Positions 11,695 to 20,709 of a stretch of DNA of 64,000 nucleotides are shown one piece after another. The stretch's first letter is position 1; every line of letters starts with the position of its first letter. The stretch spans positions 64,001-128,000 of the forward strand of contig CAWHCF010000010.1 in assembly GCA_963827655.1 (NCBI GenBank), given 5' to 3'. The notes beneath the pieces were generated by a model. That model was not told the DNA's origin and did not search any database. It saw only the letters and a list, made by a program, of their open reading frames with translations. The stretch comes from an uncultured Acidobacteriota bacterium. GTDB lineage: Bacteria; Acidobacteriota; UBA6911. A program made the position numbers and the translations under genes.

Positions 11695-11833
11695 AGTGCT
11701 ACTCCTTCTTCGTAGGGATAAGCCGTGACGAAGCGTGGTTTATCCCCGCCGTTATCGGGGTGCGCGGGATTCAGCAAATACTCGTGATCTTATCCCTGTC
11801 GACCAAAGCGTGATCGGCATTCGGTAGCTTCAC
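11691..11833 (-). pseudogene. DUF6883-like toxin remnant with internal deletion
   Basis: Minus strand reads KLPNADHALVDRDKIT/YLLNPAHPDNGG fused directly to DKPRFVTAYP; its stop overlaps the DUF4926 ATG. Confidence 0.7.
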
Positions 11834-11869
11834 TCCTCACAGTCCTCCGCGGCGCGGCTCACGCGATTG

Positions 11870-12030
11870 GAGGAAATCCAGTCTGGCTAACGATCGTGGG
11901 TACCGTAGGAACGTAAAGCACTACGGCTTTTGCCCGAGAAGGTGTATTGACCTATACGCCGTTCGTCGGAGGGGCGATCGTTATTCCTTGGCCGTCAAGA
12001 CGACGATCGATCCGCTCATCCGTGCGACAC
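11870..12030 (+). pseudogene. Internal fragment of an ADOP/MacB-type ABC permease
   Basis: Across frames NPVWLTIVGTV(G)NVKHYG...FLAVKTTIDP; compare [15 protein letters not shown]...LVARTAGDP in the intact permease at 42458-44902. Confidence 0.5.
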
Positions 12031-12089
12031 TACTGATAACTAATCAGCGGTAGCGCACGTTGACCTCAGTCCCGTTTTCGGCCGACAAT

Positions 12090-12225
12090 GAGCTGCTCCT
12101 GGCATGAGTAACATCGCTCGGCAAAGAGGCCGTATTCTTTTCGGAGAAATCGGCTTCTTCGTCCGATTGAGCAAAGGCCGGGCGGGTGAGGACCACCAAA
12201 CAAAAGTATGCAACAATCCATTGCG
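12090..12225 (-). pseudogene. N-terminal fragment of a planctomycete-cytochrome-c (PSCyt1)-type protein
   Basis: Signal-peptide-like stretch, then AQSDEEADF..K.IRPL(F)AERCYSC across frames. Confidence 0.5.
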
Positions 12226-12332
12226 GACAGATTATAACAGTATCGTCGGAGTCTATCCCTGCCCGATTCTTCGGCGACTTCGCGTCTTCGTGGTGAATGC
12301 ACCGCAAAGACGCAAGACTTGCGCTAACGACC

Positions 12333-13454
12333 ATGAGACTCGAGACCCTTGCCGTTCACGCCGGAGGAGATCCGGACGAATCAACCGGAGCCGTCGCGCC
12401 GCCAATCCAGCTCTCGACAACATACGAGCATGAACCGGACGGGAAATCCGAGCACGGCTATATCTACATTCGCGAGAGAAACCCGACCACCGCGCGTCTC
12501 GAAGATGCCTTGGCGAAAATTGAGGGAGGCGAAGCGGCGCTGGCTTTCTCGTCCGGCATGGCAGCGGGTGCAGCTTTTCTCCAGACGCTTCCACCCGGTT
12601 CACACGTGATCTTTCCTGACGACATCTACTACCACTTTCGCGTAATCGCGTCGGATTTCTTGCCACGCTGGGGATTGGAGTCAACCGTGGTCTCCATGGA
12701 CAATCCCGAGAACGTTCAGGTTGCGATTCGCAAGAACACCAGGCTTATCTGGGCCGAAAGCCCCTCCAACCCCTTGATGAAAGTTGTCGATCTTGCCGAG
12801 ATAGCCCGAATAGCCCGGGGCGCTCATGCGCTCAGCATCGTCGATAGCACATTTACCACCCCCTTGCTGCAGCGTCCCCTCGAATTGGGCATAGAGGTCG
12901 TCCTGCACTCGACGACGAAGTACTTCGGCGGACACAGCGACGTTCAGGGTGGAGCCCTGATCTTCCGGCACAGAGACGCGGTGTTCGATTCGGCGCTTCA
13001 CGCGCGCACCATCCTGGGGGCCGTATCCTCGCCGTTCAATTCCTGGCTGGTCCTGCGCGGGCTCAGGTCGCTGGCCTGCCGGATAGAACGCCATTCGGCA
13101 AATGCGCTTGCGGTGGCAAGAGCGCTTGAACGCAATGCTTCCGTGGAGGCGGTTCATTACCCAGGTCTCGAATCTCATCCCGGTCACGAAATCGCCAGGC
13201 GGCAAATGAAGGCCTACGGTGGTATGTTGTCTTTTCTCGCCCGAGGAGGTCGTGAAGAAGCATTGAGGATCGCCTCTCGCGTTCGCCTCTTTCGCAATGC
13301 CACCAGTCTCGGCGGCGTCGAGAGCCTCATCGAACACCGGGCTTCGGTCGAAGGGCCTGCCTCGAAAACACCTCCGAACCTGCTCCGCCTTTCGATAGGC
13401 CTCGAACACCCGGAAGACCTCATTGAGGATCTGACGCAGGCATTGCGTGTCTGA
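12333..13454 (+). CDS. PLP-dependent trans-sulfuration enzyme (cystathionine gamma-synthase/lyase family)
   Basis: PPIQLSTTY, YIRERNPT, FSSGMAA, ESPSNP, HSTTKYFGGHSD (PLP lysine), SLGGVESLIEH, RLSIGLE. Confidence 0.93.
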   Translation: MRLETLAVHAGGDPDESTGAVAPPIQLSTTYEHEPDGKSEHGYIYIRERNPTTARLEDALAKIEGGEAALAFSSGMAAGAAFLQTLPPGSHVIFPDDIYYHFRVIASDFLPRWGLESTVVSMDNPENVQVAIRKNTRLIWAESPSNPLMKVVDLAEIARIARGAHALSIVDSTFTTPLLQRPLELGIEVVLHSTTKYFGGHSDVQGGALIFRHRDAVFDSALHARTILGAVSSPFNSWLVLRGLRSLACRIERHSANALAVARALERNASVEAVHYPGLESHPGHEIARRQMKAYGGMLSFLARGGREEALRIASRVRLFRNATSLGGVESLIEHRASVEGPASKTPPNLLRLSIGLEHPEDLIEDLTQALRV

Positions 13455-13641
13455 GAAGGTGTTTTCGATTCACCGCAAAGACACGAAGCCGCAAGCCAGC
13501 TGCTTCTCCCGCCGCTTCCGCAATGATAGTCACGTTTATACTATGAGGATCGCGCTAAGCACGTTGACCGCAACTCTAAGGCCGTGTTTCAATGTGACAT
13601 CGCCATCCGCTACCAGATTGTAATGTCGAAAGGAGCCGTCG

Positions 13642-13878
13642 ATGCGTGCTTCTCCCAAGAGTTTGACGATTCGACTACCACACGATTTGTACGAGACTGC
13701 GCGCGCCGTTGCACGACGTCGTGAGATGAGTCTGAACGCATTGGTAAGAAATGCACTGGAAGTGATGGCCAGGGATGAAGAGAAGGCAAGACTTTACGAA
13801 GCATTCGGCCTCCTGGGTGCGGACATCAAGGAGTCCGAAGTGGAATTCGCCCTGCCCGCGCAGCGTGAGGCGTTGTAG
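13642..13878 (+). CDS. Ribbon-helix-helix protein, orphan antitoxin-like
   Basis: SLTIRLPHDLYETARAVARRREMSLNALVRNAL; AAGGAG RBS upstream. Confidence 0.75.
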   Translation: MRASPKSLTIRLPHDLYETARAVARRREMSLNALVRNALEVMARDEEKARLYEAFGLLGADIKESEVEFALPAQREAL

Positions 13879-13890
13879 GATCAATCTGAG

Positions 13891-14638
13891 ATGGAAAGCA
13901 GCGCTTCTGTTTCTGATCCAGCGATCGAATCCTGATAACCGGATTCTCGTGGGCACCTCGGGCTTTGCCTACGGGGAGTGGCGCGGAAGCTTCTATCCGG
14001 CTGAACTCCCGTCGAAGAGATTCCTTTCCTATTACGCCGGTCACTTCCGCACGACTGAGATCAATAATACCTTCTACCGGATGCCCACGCCCCAATTGAC
14101 CCAGGCATGGTATGCCGAAGTTCCGGGAGACTTCTCTTTCACGCTAAAGCTGAGCCGGAAGATCACACACTTCAAAAAACTGAAAGACGTCGGTGAAGAG
14201 ATGGATTGGTTCCTGGCCAGCGCGGCTTCTCTGAAAGAGAAACTCGGGCCGATTCTCGTGCAGCTGCCTCCTTTTTTTCGCAAGGATCTATCGGTGCTCC
14301 GGGAATTTCTGATCCAATTCGCGGCCAGAGCCAGACTGGCTCTTGAATTCCGACACGACTCATGGTTTGAGGAAGAGGTTTACCAATTACTGCGTGAGCA
14401 CAACAGCACCCTGGGTGTCGTCGAGAGGGAGGAAAAGGAAACGAGCGCGGCGGTCAAGATCGTGACCGGGGCTTTTGTTTACATGCGACTGCGCAAGGGC
14501 GATTACTCCGAGACCGAACTGCTCGATTGGGCGCGATGGATCAGGGAGCAAACCGTACCGGTCTATTGCTATCTCAAGCATGATGAACGCGCACCCGTGC
14601 TGGCAAAGCAGCTGCTCGAAGCGCTGGATCGAGTTTGA
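13891..14638 (+). CDS. DUF72 family protein (start uncertain)
   Basis: VGTSGFAYGEWRGSFYP, TEINNTFYRMP, LGPILVQLPP, ALEFRHDSW, YMRLR. Confidence 0.88.
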
Positions 14639-14673
14639 TCCACCGCGTATCATCTGTGACCTAAAAGGAGGTT

Positions 14674-15648
14674 ATGATGCCCACCATGAACCGACATTCA
14701 TCAGCAGGCCGAGGGCAATCGCCTGCGATTCCAAGCCGCCGGACGTTTCTCAAGACCGGAACCGGACTCTTGATCGCATTACCGCGTATCGAGGCCGTCT
14801 CTCGGGCCGCGCAGCAGGCGCCGACGCAGTTTCAGATTGCCTGCATGACACTGCCGTATTCGCAGTTCAGCTTCCAGCGAGCGCTTTCCGGTCTTCAATC
14901 GGCCGGTTACAAGTATGTCGCCTGGGGCACTTCTCACAGGGAAGGCGATGGCAAGCCGGTTCCCATCATGCCTCCTGATGCGCCGCCGGCCAGAGCCAAG
15001 GAACTGGCCGCCCGGTGCCGGGATCTTGGGTTGGAGCCTCTCATGATGTTCTCGGGGATATATCCCGAAGCTCCCGAAGCTCTCGAGGTGCTGACCCGCC
15101 GGATTCAACAGGCCGAAGCTGGCGGGATTCCGCAGGTTTTAACTTTTGGCCATACGCGCGGCAGCGAGCGCCAGGTGTGGGTGGAACGATTCAAGAAACT
15201 CGGACCCATCGCGCGACAATCAGGCGTGATGATCGTGGTCAAGCAGCACGGTGGAAACACCGGGACCGGCGAGGCCTGCGCCGAGATTATCCGCGAAGTC
15301 GCGGACGACGGAGTCAAGGTCAACTACGATGCCGGCAACGTCATGGATTACCTCGACGTCGATCCCATTCCCGACATCAAGAAATGCGCCGCCGAACTTC
15401 GGAGCTTCTGCATCAAGGATCACCGTAACTTCCCGCGCGATCAGGATTGCGGACCTGGTTTCGGCGAAATCGACCACTACAGGCTGCTCGAACCTGTGGC
15501 CTTTACCGGGCTGAAGATGCCGTTGTGCTGCGAGAACATTTTCGCCCCCGTGATTCCGCGACCGACGAACCCGGATGGGGTCGACGCGCTGGCCCGGCGC
15601 GCGCGCGAGTTTCTGGAAGTGGTAATCAACGGACTCCAGACCAAGTGA
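14674..15648 (+). CDS. Tat-exported sugar phosphate isomerase/epimerase (xylose-isomerase-like TIM barrel)
   Basis: SRRTFLK twin-arginine signal; VKVNYDAGN, CIKDH, PGFGEID motifs. Confidence 0.85.
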   Translation: MMPTMNRHSSAGRGQSPAIPSRRTFLKTGTGLLIALPRIEAVSRAAQQAPTQFQIACMTLPYSQFSFQRALSGLQSAGYKYVAWGTSHREGDGKPVPIMPPDAPPARAKELAARCRDLGLEPLMMFSGIYPEAPEALEVLTRRIQQAEAGGIPQVLTFGHTRGSERQVWVERFKKLGPIARQSGVMIVVKQHGGNTGTGEACAEIIREVADDGVKVNYDAGNVMDYLDVDPIPDIKKCAAELRSFCIKDHRNFPRDQDCGPGFGEIDHYRLLEPVAFTGLKMPLCCENIFAPVIPRPTNPDGVDALARRAREFLEVVINGLQTK

Positions 15649-15664
15649 AGTTCCTTTTTATTCC

Positions 15665-16345
15665 TCAGCGTCTTCGCGCCCTGGTGGTTGTTACGGGTCC
15701 GCCGCGCTTTCTGCGAATGCGGTAGGTGCACGCCCCGTCGCCTTGCAGGATGTGAGACTCGCGCGTGACGTTGGCCCCGGGCAGCACCCTTTGGAAAAGG
15801 GCCAGCTCATAGCTGCAGGCCTGGATGCATTGCTGCGCAATCTGGCAAATGGCACAGTTGTTCTCACGCAGCAGGAATGTGTCCTGGTTCACCTTCTCCC
15901 ATTCGGCCATGTAGCCTTCCTCGGTCCGGATCTGGGCCAGCTCCTGCACCTGGCGTTCGAGATCTTTGCCGGCCATTCGTTTCTCGTACTGCTGTCGCAC
16001 CAGATCGGTTCGTTTGGCAAAGATGCGCTCGATTCCTTCCTCCCCGTCCAGCAGTTTGACGGTTTCAAGCACGCTGCCGGCGAATTGAGGATAGGTCCGG
16101 GGAAAGAGCTCGTCTCCCAGCCCGGTCAGCATATAGACATAGCCCGGCCTTCCCAGCCCTCTCGGTTCGACCCGGTATTGAATCAGTCCGTCCCGCTCGA
16201 GTGCGTTGAGCTGCTGGCGCACACCCATCGAGGTGATGCCCAGGGTCCGGCTCAAAACCTGGACCGTCTGAGGTCCTTTTTTCTTCAGCAAGTCCAGGAT
16301 CTTGCGGCGGGTATCCTGAAGCAGCAGTTTCGGTACGGTTTGCAT
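15665..16345 (-). CDS. SufR-like winged-HTH transcriptional regulator (putative Fe-S binding)
   Basis: TRRKILDLL...GITSMGVRQQL..LERDGL...GRP..VY..T..G.ELFP; C-terminal C-X12-C-X2-E-X25-C. Confidence 0.8.
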   Translation of the reverse strand: MQTVPKLLLQDTRRKILDLLKKKGPQTVQVLSRTLGITSMGVRQQLNALERDGLIQYRVEPRGLGRPGYVYMLTGLGDELFPRTYPQFAGSVLETVKLLDGEEGIERIFAKRTDLVRQQYEKRMAGKDLERQVQELAQIRTEEGYMAEWEKVNQDTFLLRENNCAICQIAQQCIQACSYELALFQRVLPGANVTRESHILQGDGACTYRIRRKRGGPVTTTRARRR

Positions 16346-16433
16346 GACATCACCTCGGGGAACGAGATCGTTCGGTTTTCGCGACCCATGGAGTATAGGC
16401 CTCCGGTCCGAGTTTATCAATTTTACAAACTAA

Positions 16434-16455
16434 ATAATTTACAAATTATCATAAT
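16434..16455. promoter_or_regulatory. AT-rich overlapping palindromes, candidate operator in a divergent promoter
   Basis: ATAATTT-AC-AAATTAT (16434-16449) overlapping ATTAT-C-ATAAT (16445-16455), in an AT-rich island between divergent genes. Confidence 0.55.
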
Positions 16456-16490
16456 GAGTCTATATTTTGATTCATGGGTGGAGGAAAGCC

Positions 16491-17219
16491 ATGGAGCGTT
16501 TGCAAGGCAAGTACATTCTGATTACGGGCGCGTCGCAGGGACTGGGCCGGGCGCTGGCGCTCGATTTTGCGCGCCAGCAGGCGGCTGGAATTTCTATGGT
16601 AGCGCGCAACGCCGCAAAATTAGAAGAGACGGCCCGGCAGGTTCGGGGAATCTCACCGATCACGGAGATCCTGACGATTGTTGCGGACTTGAGCCAGGCG
16701 CAGGACATCGAGCGAGTGACGGGACTGACCTTGTCGGCATTCCAGGGCAGGCTGGATGTGCTGGTCAACAATGCTTCGATCCTTGGTCCCGCCCCGATGC
16801 CGATGCTGATCGACTATCCTCTGAAAGCATTTCGCGAAGTCCTGGAAACCAACCTGATCGCGCCCTATCTGCTGATTCAGAAAATTCTGCCGGCCATGAT
16901 GGAGCGAGGCGGATCGATTATCAATGTGACGAGCGACGCCGGATCCACAGGCTATCCGGGCTGGGGCGCGTATGGCATCTCGAAGTTTGGCCTGGAGGGA
17001 ATGTCGCAGACCTGGGCGGCCGAGCTGGAAGGGACGGGAATTCGTGTGAACTGGGTGGATCCGGGGAATATGAATACTCCGATGCACCGAGCGGCGGAGC
17101 CGGACGAAGACCCGTCGAGCTGGGCGGATCCAGCTGAAGTGACGGAAGTGTTCATCTATCTCGCATCGGAAGAATCGCGCAACGTGAGCGGGAAACGTTT
17201 TCAAGCGCAGGAGAGCTGA
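16491..17219 (+). CDS. SDR family oxidoreductase
   Basis: ITGASQGLG, DVLVNNAS, INVTS, YGISK (YxxxK), VDPGNMNT; GAGGAA RBS. Confidence 0.93.
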   Translation: MERLQGKYILITGASQGLGRALALDFARQQAAGISMVARNAAKLEETARQVRGISPITEILTIVADLSQAQDIERVTGLTLSAFQGRLDVLVNNASILGPAPMPMLIDYPLKAFREVLETNLIAPYLLIQKILPAMMERGGSIINVTSDAGSTGYPGWGAYGISKFGLEGMSQTWAAELEGTGIRVNWVDPGNMNTPMHRAAEPDEDPSSWADPAEVTEVFIYLASEESRNVSGKRFQAQES

Positions 17220-17220
17220 G

Positions 17221-18273
17221 ATGATGAATGCGCCTTTCACTTTTGAGCTTCCGCCGGGTCTCTGCGCCGGCGAACCGCCCGAGCAACGTGGAATTCCGCG
17301 CGATCAGATCAGGCTGCTGGTGGCTCATCGTGATTCCGATCAGGTTGAGCACTCGCGCTTGAACCGGCTCGATAACTTTCTGCGCCCGGGAGATCTGCTT
17401 GTGTTCAACAGCAGCCGAACCCTTCCGGCTTCGCTTCAAGGCTGCGCGGCTCCGGACGGACCTTGCATGGAAGCGCGTCTGGCCGAACACCTGCCGGACG
17501 ACGCCTGGCTGGCATTGCTTCTGTGCCGGAACGGCGATCCGGCCGGCTGCGGCCTGCAAGCCGGAATGAAAATCGGTTTCGGTATGGAATTGGAAGCCGT
17601 GGTCGAAGGACGCGATGATTTTATCCCGCGCCTGTGGAAACTGCGCTTTTCGAAATCGGGAACTGAGTTGATCGACCTGCTCTACCGTATCGGACGCCCG
17701 ATTCGCTACGAGCACGTCTCCGCCCCATGGAATCTGGATGCGTACCAGACGATTTTCGCCCGGGAGCCCGGCTCGGCTGAAATGCCCTCAGCGGCCCGGG
17801 GCTTTTCCTGGAGACTCCTGTTCGATTTGAAACGCCGCGGAATCGAAAGGACCTCCATAACGCTCCATGCCGGCCTCTCTGCTTATTCGGACGAACCCGA
17901 CGATTGGACGCATCCGGGCTCGGAAGAAGAATTTCTTGTTGGCGAGCTGGCGGCGCAAGAAATCCAGCGCACCCGGGCGGCCGGCGGGAGGATTGTGGCT
18001 GTCGGCACCACGGTGGTTCGCGCGCTGGAGTCGGCCGTCGACAGTGCAGGTGACCTCCGGCCGGGACATCGCTACACGCGGCTTCGAATCGATTCCAGGC
18101 ATGTTTTGCGTGTGGTGGACAGTCTGATAACCGGCTTTCATGAACCCAAGGCAAGTCATCTGGATTTGCTGACGGCGTTTCTGCCGGCCGAAAAGATTCA
18201 AAGGGTTTACCAGGAAGCCGTTCAAGCACGGTACCTCTGGCATGAATTCGGCGACCTGAACCTGATTCTGTAA
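17221..18273 (+). CDS. QueA-like protein (S-adenosylmethionine:tRNA ribosyltransferase-isomerase family, non-canonical paralog)
   Basis: LRPGDLLVFNSSR, YQTIFA..PGSAEMPSA, VAVGTTVVRALES, ITGFHEP, YLWHEFGD; starts 1 bp after the SDR stop. Confidence 0.85.
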   Translation: MMNAPFTFELPPGLCAGEPPEQRGIPRDQIRLLVAHRDSDQVEHSRLNRLDNFLRPGDLLVFNSSRTLPASLQGCAAPDGPCMEARLAEHLPDDAWLALLLCRNGDPAGCGLQAGMKIGFGMELEAVVEGRDDFIPRLWKLRFSKSGTELIDLLYRIGRPIRYEHVSAPWNLDAYQTIFAREPGSAEMPSAARGFSWRLLFDLKRRGIERTSITLHAGLSAYSDEPDDWTHPGSEEEFLVGELAAQEIQRTRAAGGRIVAVGTTVVRALESAVDSAGDLRPGHRYTRLRIDSRHVLRVVDSLITGFHEPKASHLDLLTAFLPAEKIQRVYQEAVQARYLWHEFGDLNLIL

Positions 18274-18421
18274 CTTGACCGCCGCGAAGACGCGAAGAAA
18301 TCCTTCGCAATACCACGTTCTGAACCCTCGCGAGTAAACCCTTCTCTAATTCTCTGCGTACTGCGAGCTTGGGATTTTCAAGCGCCCCGTAGCAGGGCCC
18401 GGCTGCAACAGGGAGACCGCC

Positions 18422-19291
18422 ATGAAAAACACGATCTGGCCGATTCGCCCGCTGTATTGCGCATTTCTTTTCGCCATCCTGATCCCCATCGCCTCGCTCT
18501 ATCCCGGACCCGGAAGCCGCCAAAAGCAGGAAAGCGAAGGCGACCTCGACGCTTTCATGTCGAAGGTCCTCGAGCGGCGCGAAATAAACTGGGAACAGCT
18601 CCATGGCTATGTCTTCAACGAGCTGGAGACGCTTGAAATCAGGGGGGTCAAGCTCCCGCCCATGGCCAATTTTCGCAAGGAGTATGTCTGGATCGTCCGC
18701 GACGGCTATCTGGTTCGAAGCCCTGTTCGGGTCAATGGCGTCAAGGTTTCCAAGGAAGAGCAGGCAGCCTCGGAAGAGGACTGGATCCGCGAGCACAAGG
18801 ACAAACGCCACGATTCCCTCGACCGCGAAATCTTCCTGGGCTTCAAGTTCCACCCCGGAACTTACCTCTACGCCGGAAAACAGAATTTCGAAGGGCGAGA
18901 GGTGGTGGCGATCGAGCATTATCCGAGCAAGAAGGCCGACGACGGCAAGAAAGAGGAATTCGAACGAATGTTCGAAAAGACCATCCTGGTCACCATGCTG
19001 ATCGAGCCCAAGGAACATCAGCTCGTCCGGATCACGTTCGATAATGTGGGATTGGAATTTCTCCCCGTCAGATGGCTGGTCAGGCTGGAAGAGGTGAGGG
19101 CGTCCATGACGATGGACAAGCCGTTCGGGGAGGTGTGGCTTCCCAAAAAAATCGTGGCTGCGGGATCAGTGGACACCGCAGGCCCCAGCCTGTCGGTCAA
19201 GTACTCGCGTGAGTTTTACGACTACAACAAGACCGATGTAAGAGTGAAGCTCTTCTATGACCCACCCAGCCTGAAAGAGCCGAAACGATGA
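18422..19291 (+). CDS. Exported hypothetical protein, beta-rich (possibly LolA/MucB-like fold)
   Basis: Hydrophobic signal; F..AGKQNFEGREV..IE..P and M....GEVWLPKKI patterns; ATGA overlap with the next gene. Confidence 0.7.
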   Translation: MKNTIWPIRPLYCAFLFAILIPIASLYPGPGSRQKQESEGDLDAFMSKVLERREINWEQLHGYVFNELETLEIRGVKLPPMANFRKEYVWIVRDGYLVRSPVRVNGVKVSKEEQAASEEDWIREHKDKRHDSLDREIFLGFKFHPGTYLYAGKQNFEGREVVAIEHYPSKKADDGKKEEFERMFEKTILVTMLIEPKEHQLVRITFDNVGLEFLPVRWLVRLEEVRASMTMDKPFGEVWLPKKIVAAGSVDTAGPSLSVKYSREFYDYNKTDVRVKLFYDPPSLKEPKR

Positions 19292-20490
19292 GGCTGGCGC
19301 GGCCGTCCTTCTGGCTCGGGCTCCTGCTGCTCGCTGGTCCCGCCCTCTGCGGCGAAGCCATCATCGAAGTTCACTTTCACGGAAACTACTCCATCTCGGA
19401 TGAGGAGATGGCTCGGCTGGCCGGTGTTTCACCAGGAACGCCGGTGTCGGATACCTCGCCTGAGGAAATCAAGCAGCGCTTGCTTCGCACCCGGCGCTTC
19501 GAATGGGTCCAGGTGAACAAGCGGTATCGCTCGCTGTCCAACCCTGAGCAGGTCGTGCTGGTCATTATCGTGAAGGAAAAACCACCTCTCAGGACCAAGT
19601 TCATGTTCCTGCCGATCCTCACGGGAAGCGACGACTATGGCCTGACTTACGGAGGCAGAGTGACGGCCGTCAACCTGCTCGGCGCCCGTGAGCGGATCTC
19701 GTTTCCTGCAACCTGGGGAGGAATCAGGCGAGTGGCGGTCGAAAGTCAGTTCGACCTGGAAAACCCCGTTCTCAGCGTCGCATTCGCAGGCACCGGAATC
19801 TCCAGAAAGGAGAATCCTCACTTCAAGATCGGTGACTTGAGACGGGAGGTCTGGGGCGGCGCCGCCCGGAGATTCAAGCAAGTTCAAATCGACTTCAACA
19901 CCGGCTGGACCGGCGTCGATTTTGGTCTCCTGGATCAAGAATTTATCAGCTACGGGACCTCGGTTGTTCTCGATACCCGCCAGAATATGAACCTGCCTCG
20001 AAACGCCTTCTATACTGGATTTGGCTGGGAGAGAATGCGAATCCTGAACGGCGGTCCTCATTTCAATCGCTACAAGGTAGATCTGCGAGGTTACCGGGGA
20101 CTGTTCGGCCAGGCCGTCCTGGCCGGACAAATCGTCTACCATGTCTCCGACGGCAGGCTGCCGGATTACCAGCGGCCATTCCTTGGGGGTTCCGCCACTC
20201 TTCGCGGCGAAGAGCCGGGGAAATTCATCGGCGACAACATCGTCACCACGTCGGTCGAGCTCCGGCTCCCCCTGACTTCCAAGCTCGCCATCTATCATGC
20301 GGGAATGGACTTCTTCCTCGATTCGGGCGCAGTCTACAATCACGGGCAGTCGTTTGGCAGCGCCGATGTCAAACACGGGGCCGGCTTCGGGTTCTTCTTC
20401 CTCGTGGCCGGTTTCGGCATCAAGGTGGATTTCGCCCACAATCTACGCGATAACTTCCGCGTTCATTTCAGCACCGGCTTCCGCTTCTAG
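19288..20490 (+). CDS. Omp85/BamA-TamA family outer-membrane protein with a single POTRA domain
   Basis: Signal peptide, IEVHFHGNYSISD POTRA start, FLGGSATLRG (loop-6 VRG-like), SVELRLP, FLDSG, C-terminal GFRF. Confidence 0.87.
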   Translation: MRLARPSFWLGLLLLAGPALCGEAIIEVHFHGNYSISDEEMARLAGVSPGTPVSDTSPEEIKQRLLRTRRFEWVQVNKRYRSLSNPEQVVLVIIVKEKPPLRTKFMFLPILTGSDDYGLTYGGRVTAVNLLGARERISFPATWGGIRRVAVESQFDLENPVLSVAFAGTGISRKENPHFKIGDLRREVWGGAARRFKQVQIDFNTGWTGVDFGLLDQEFISYGTSVVLDTRQNMNLPRNAFYTGFGWERMRILNGGPHFNRYKVDLRGYRGLFGQAVLAGQIVYHVSDGRLPDYQRPFLGGSATLRGEEPGKFIGDNIVTTSVELRLPLTSKLAIYHAGMDFFLDSGAVYNHGQSFGSADVKHGAGFGFFFLVAGFGIKVDFAHNLRDNFRVHFSTGFRF

Positions 20491-20709
20491 TCTTTCGGGG
20501 TTTGCTCACCGCCAAGTCGCCAAGACACGAAGGCCGGCGCCCGGTTTTGGCTTGCGCATCCGGGAGCCGGTCCATAACATAAACCAACATGGGATAACGG
20601 CTCAACAAATCAATGAGAGTCGAGATCGTACAGGCAAGAAAAGCGCAATTCATCCGCCGGACCGTGCCCGTTGTGCTCCTGTGCTGTGTCGTGATCCGAG
20701 GTCTGAGCC

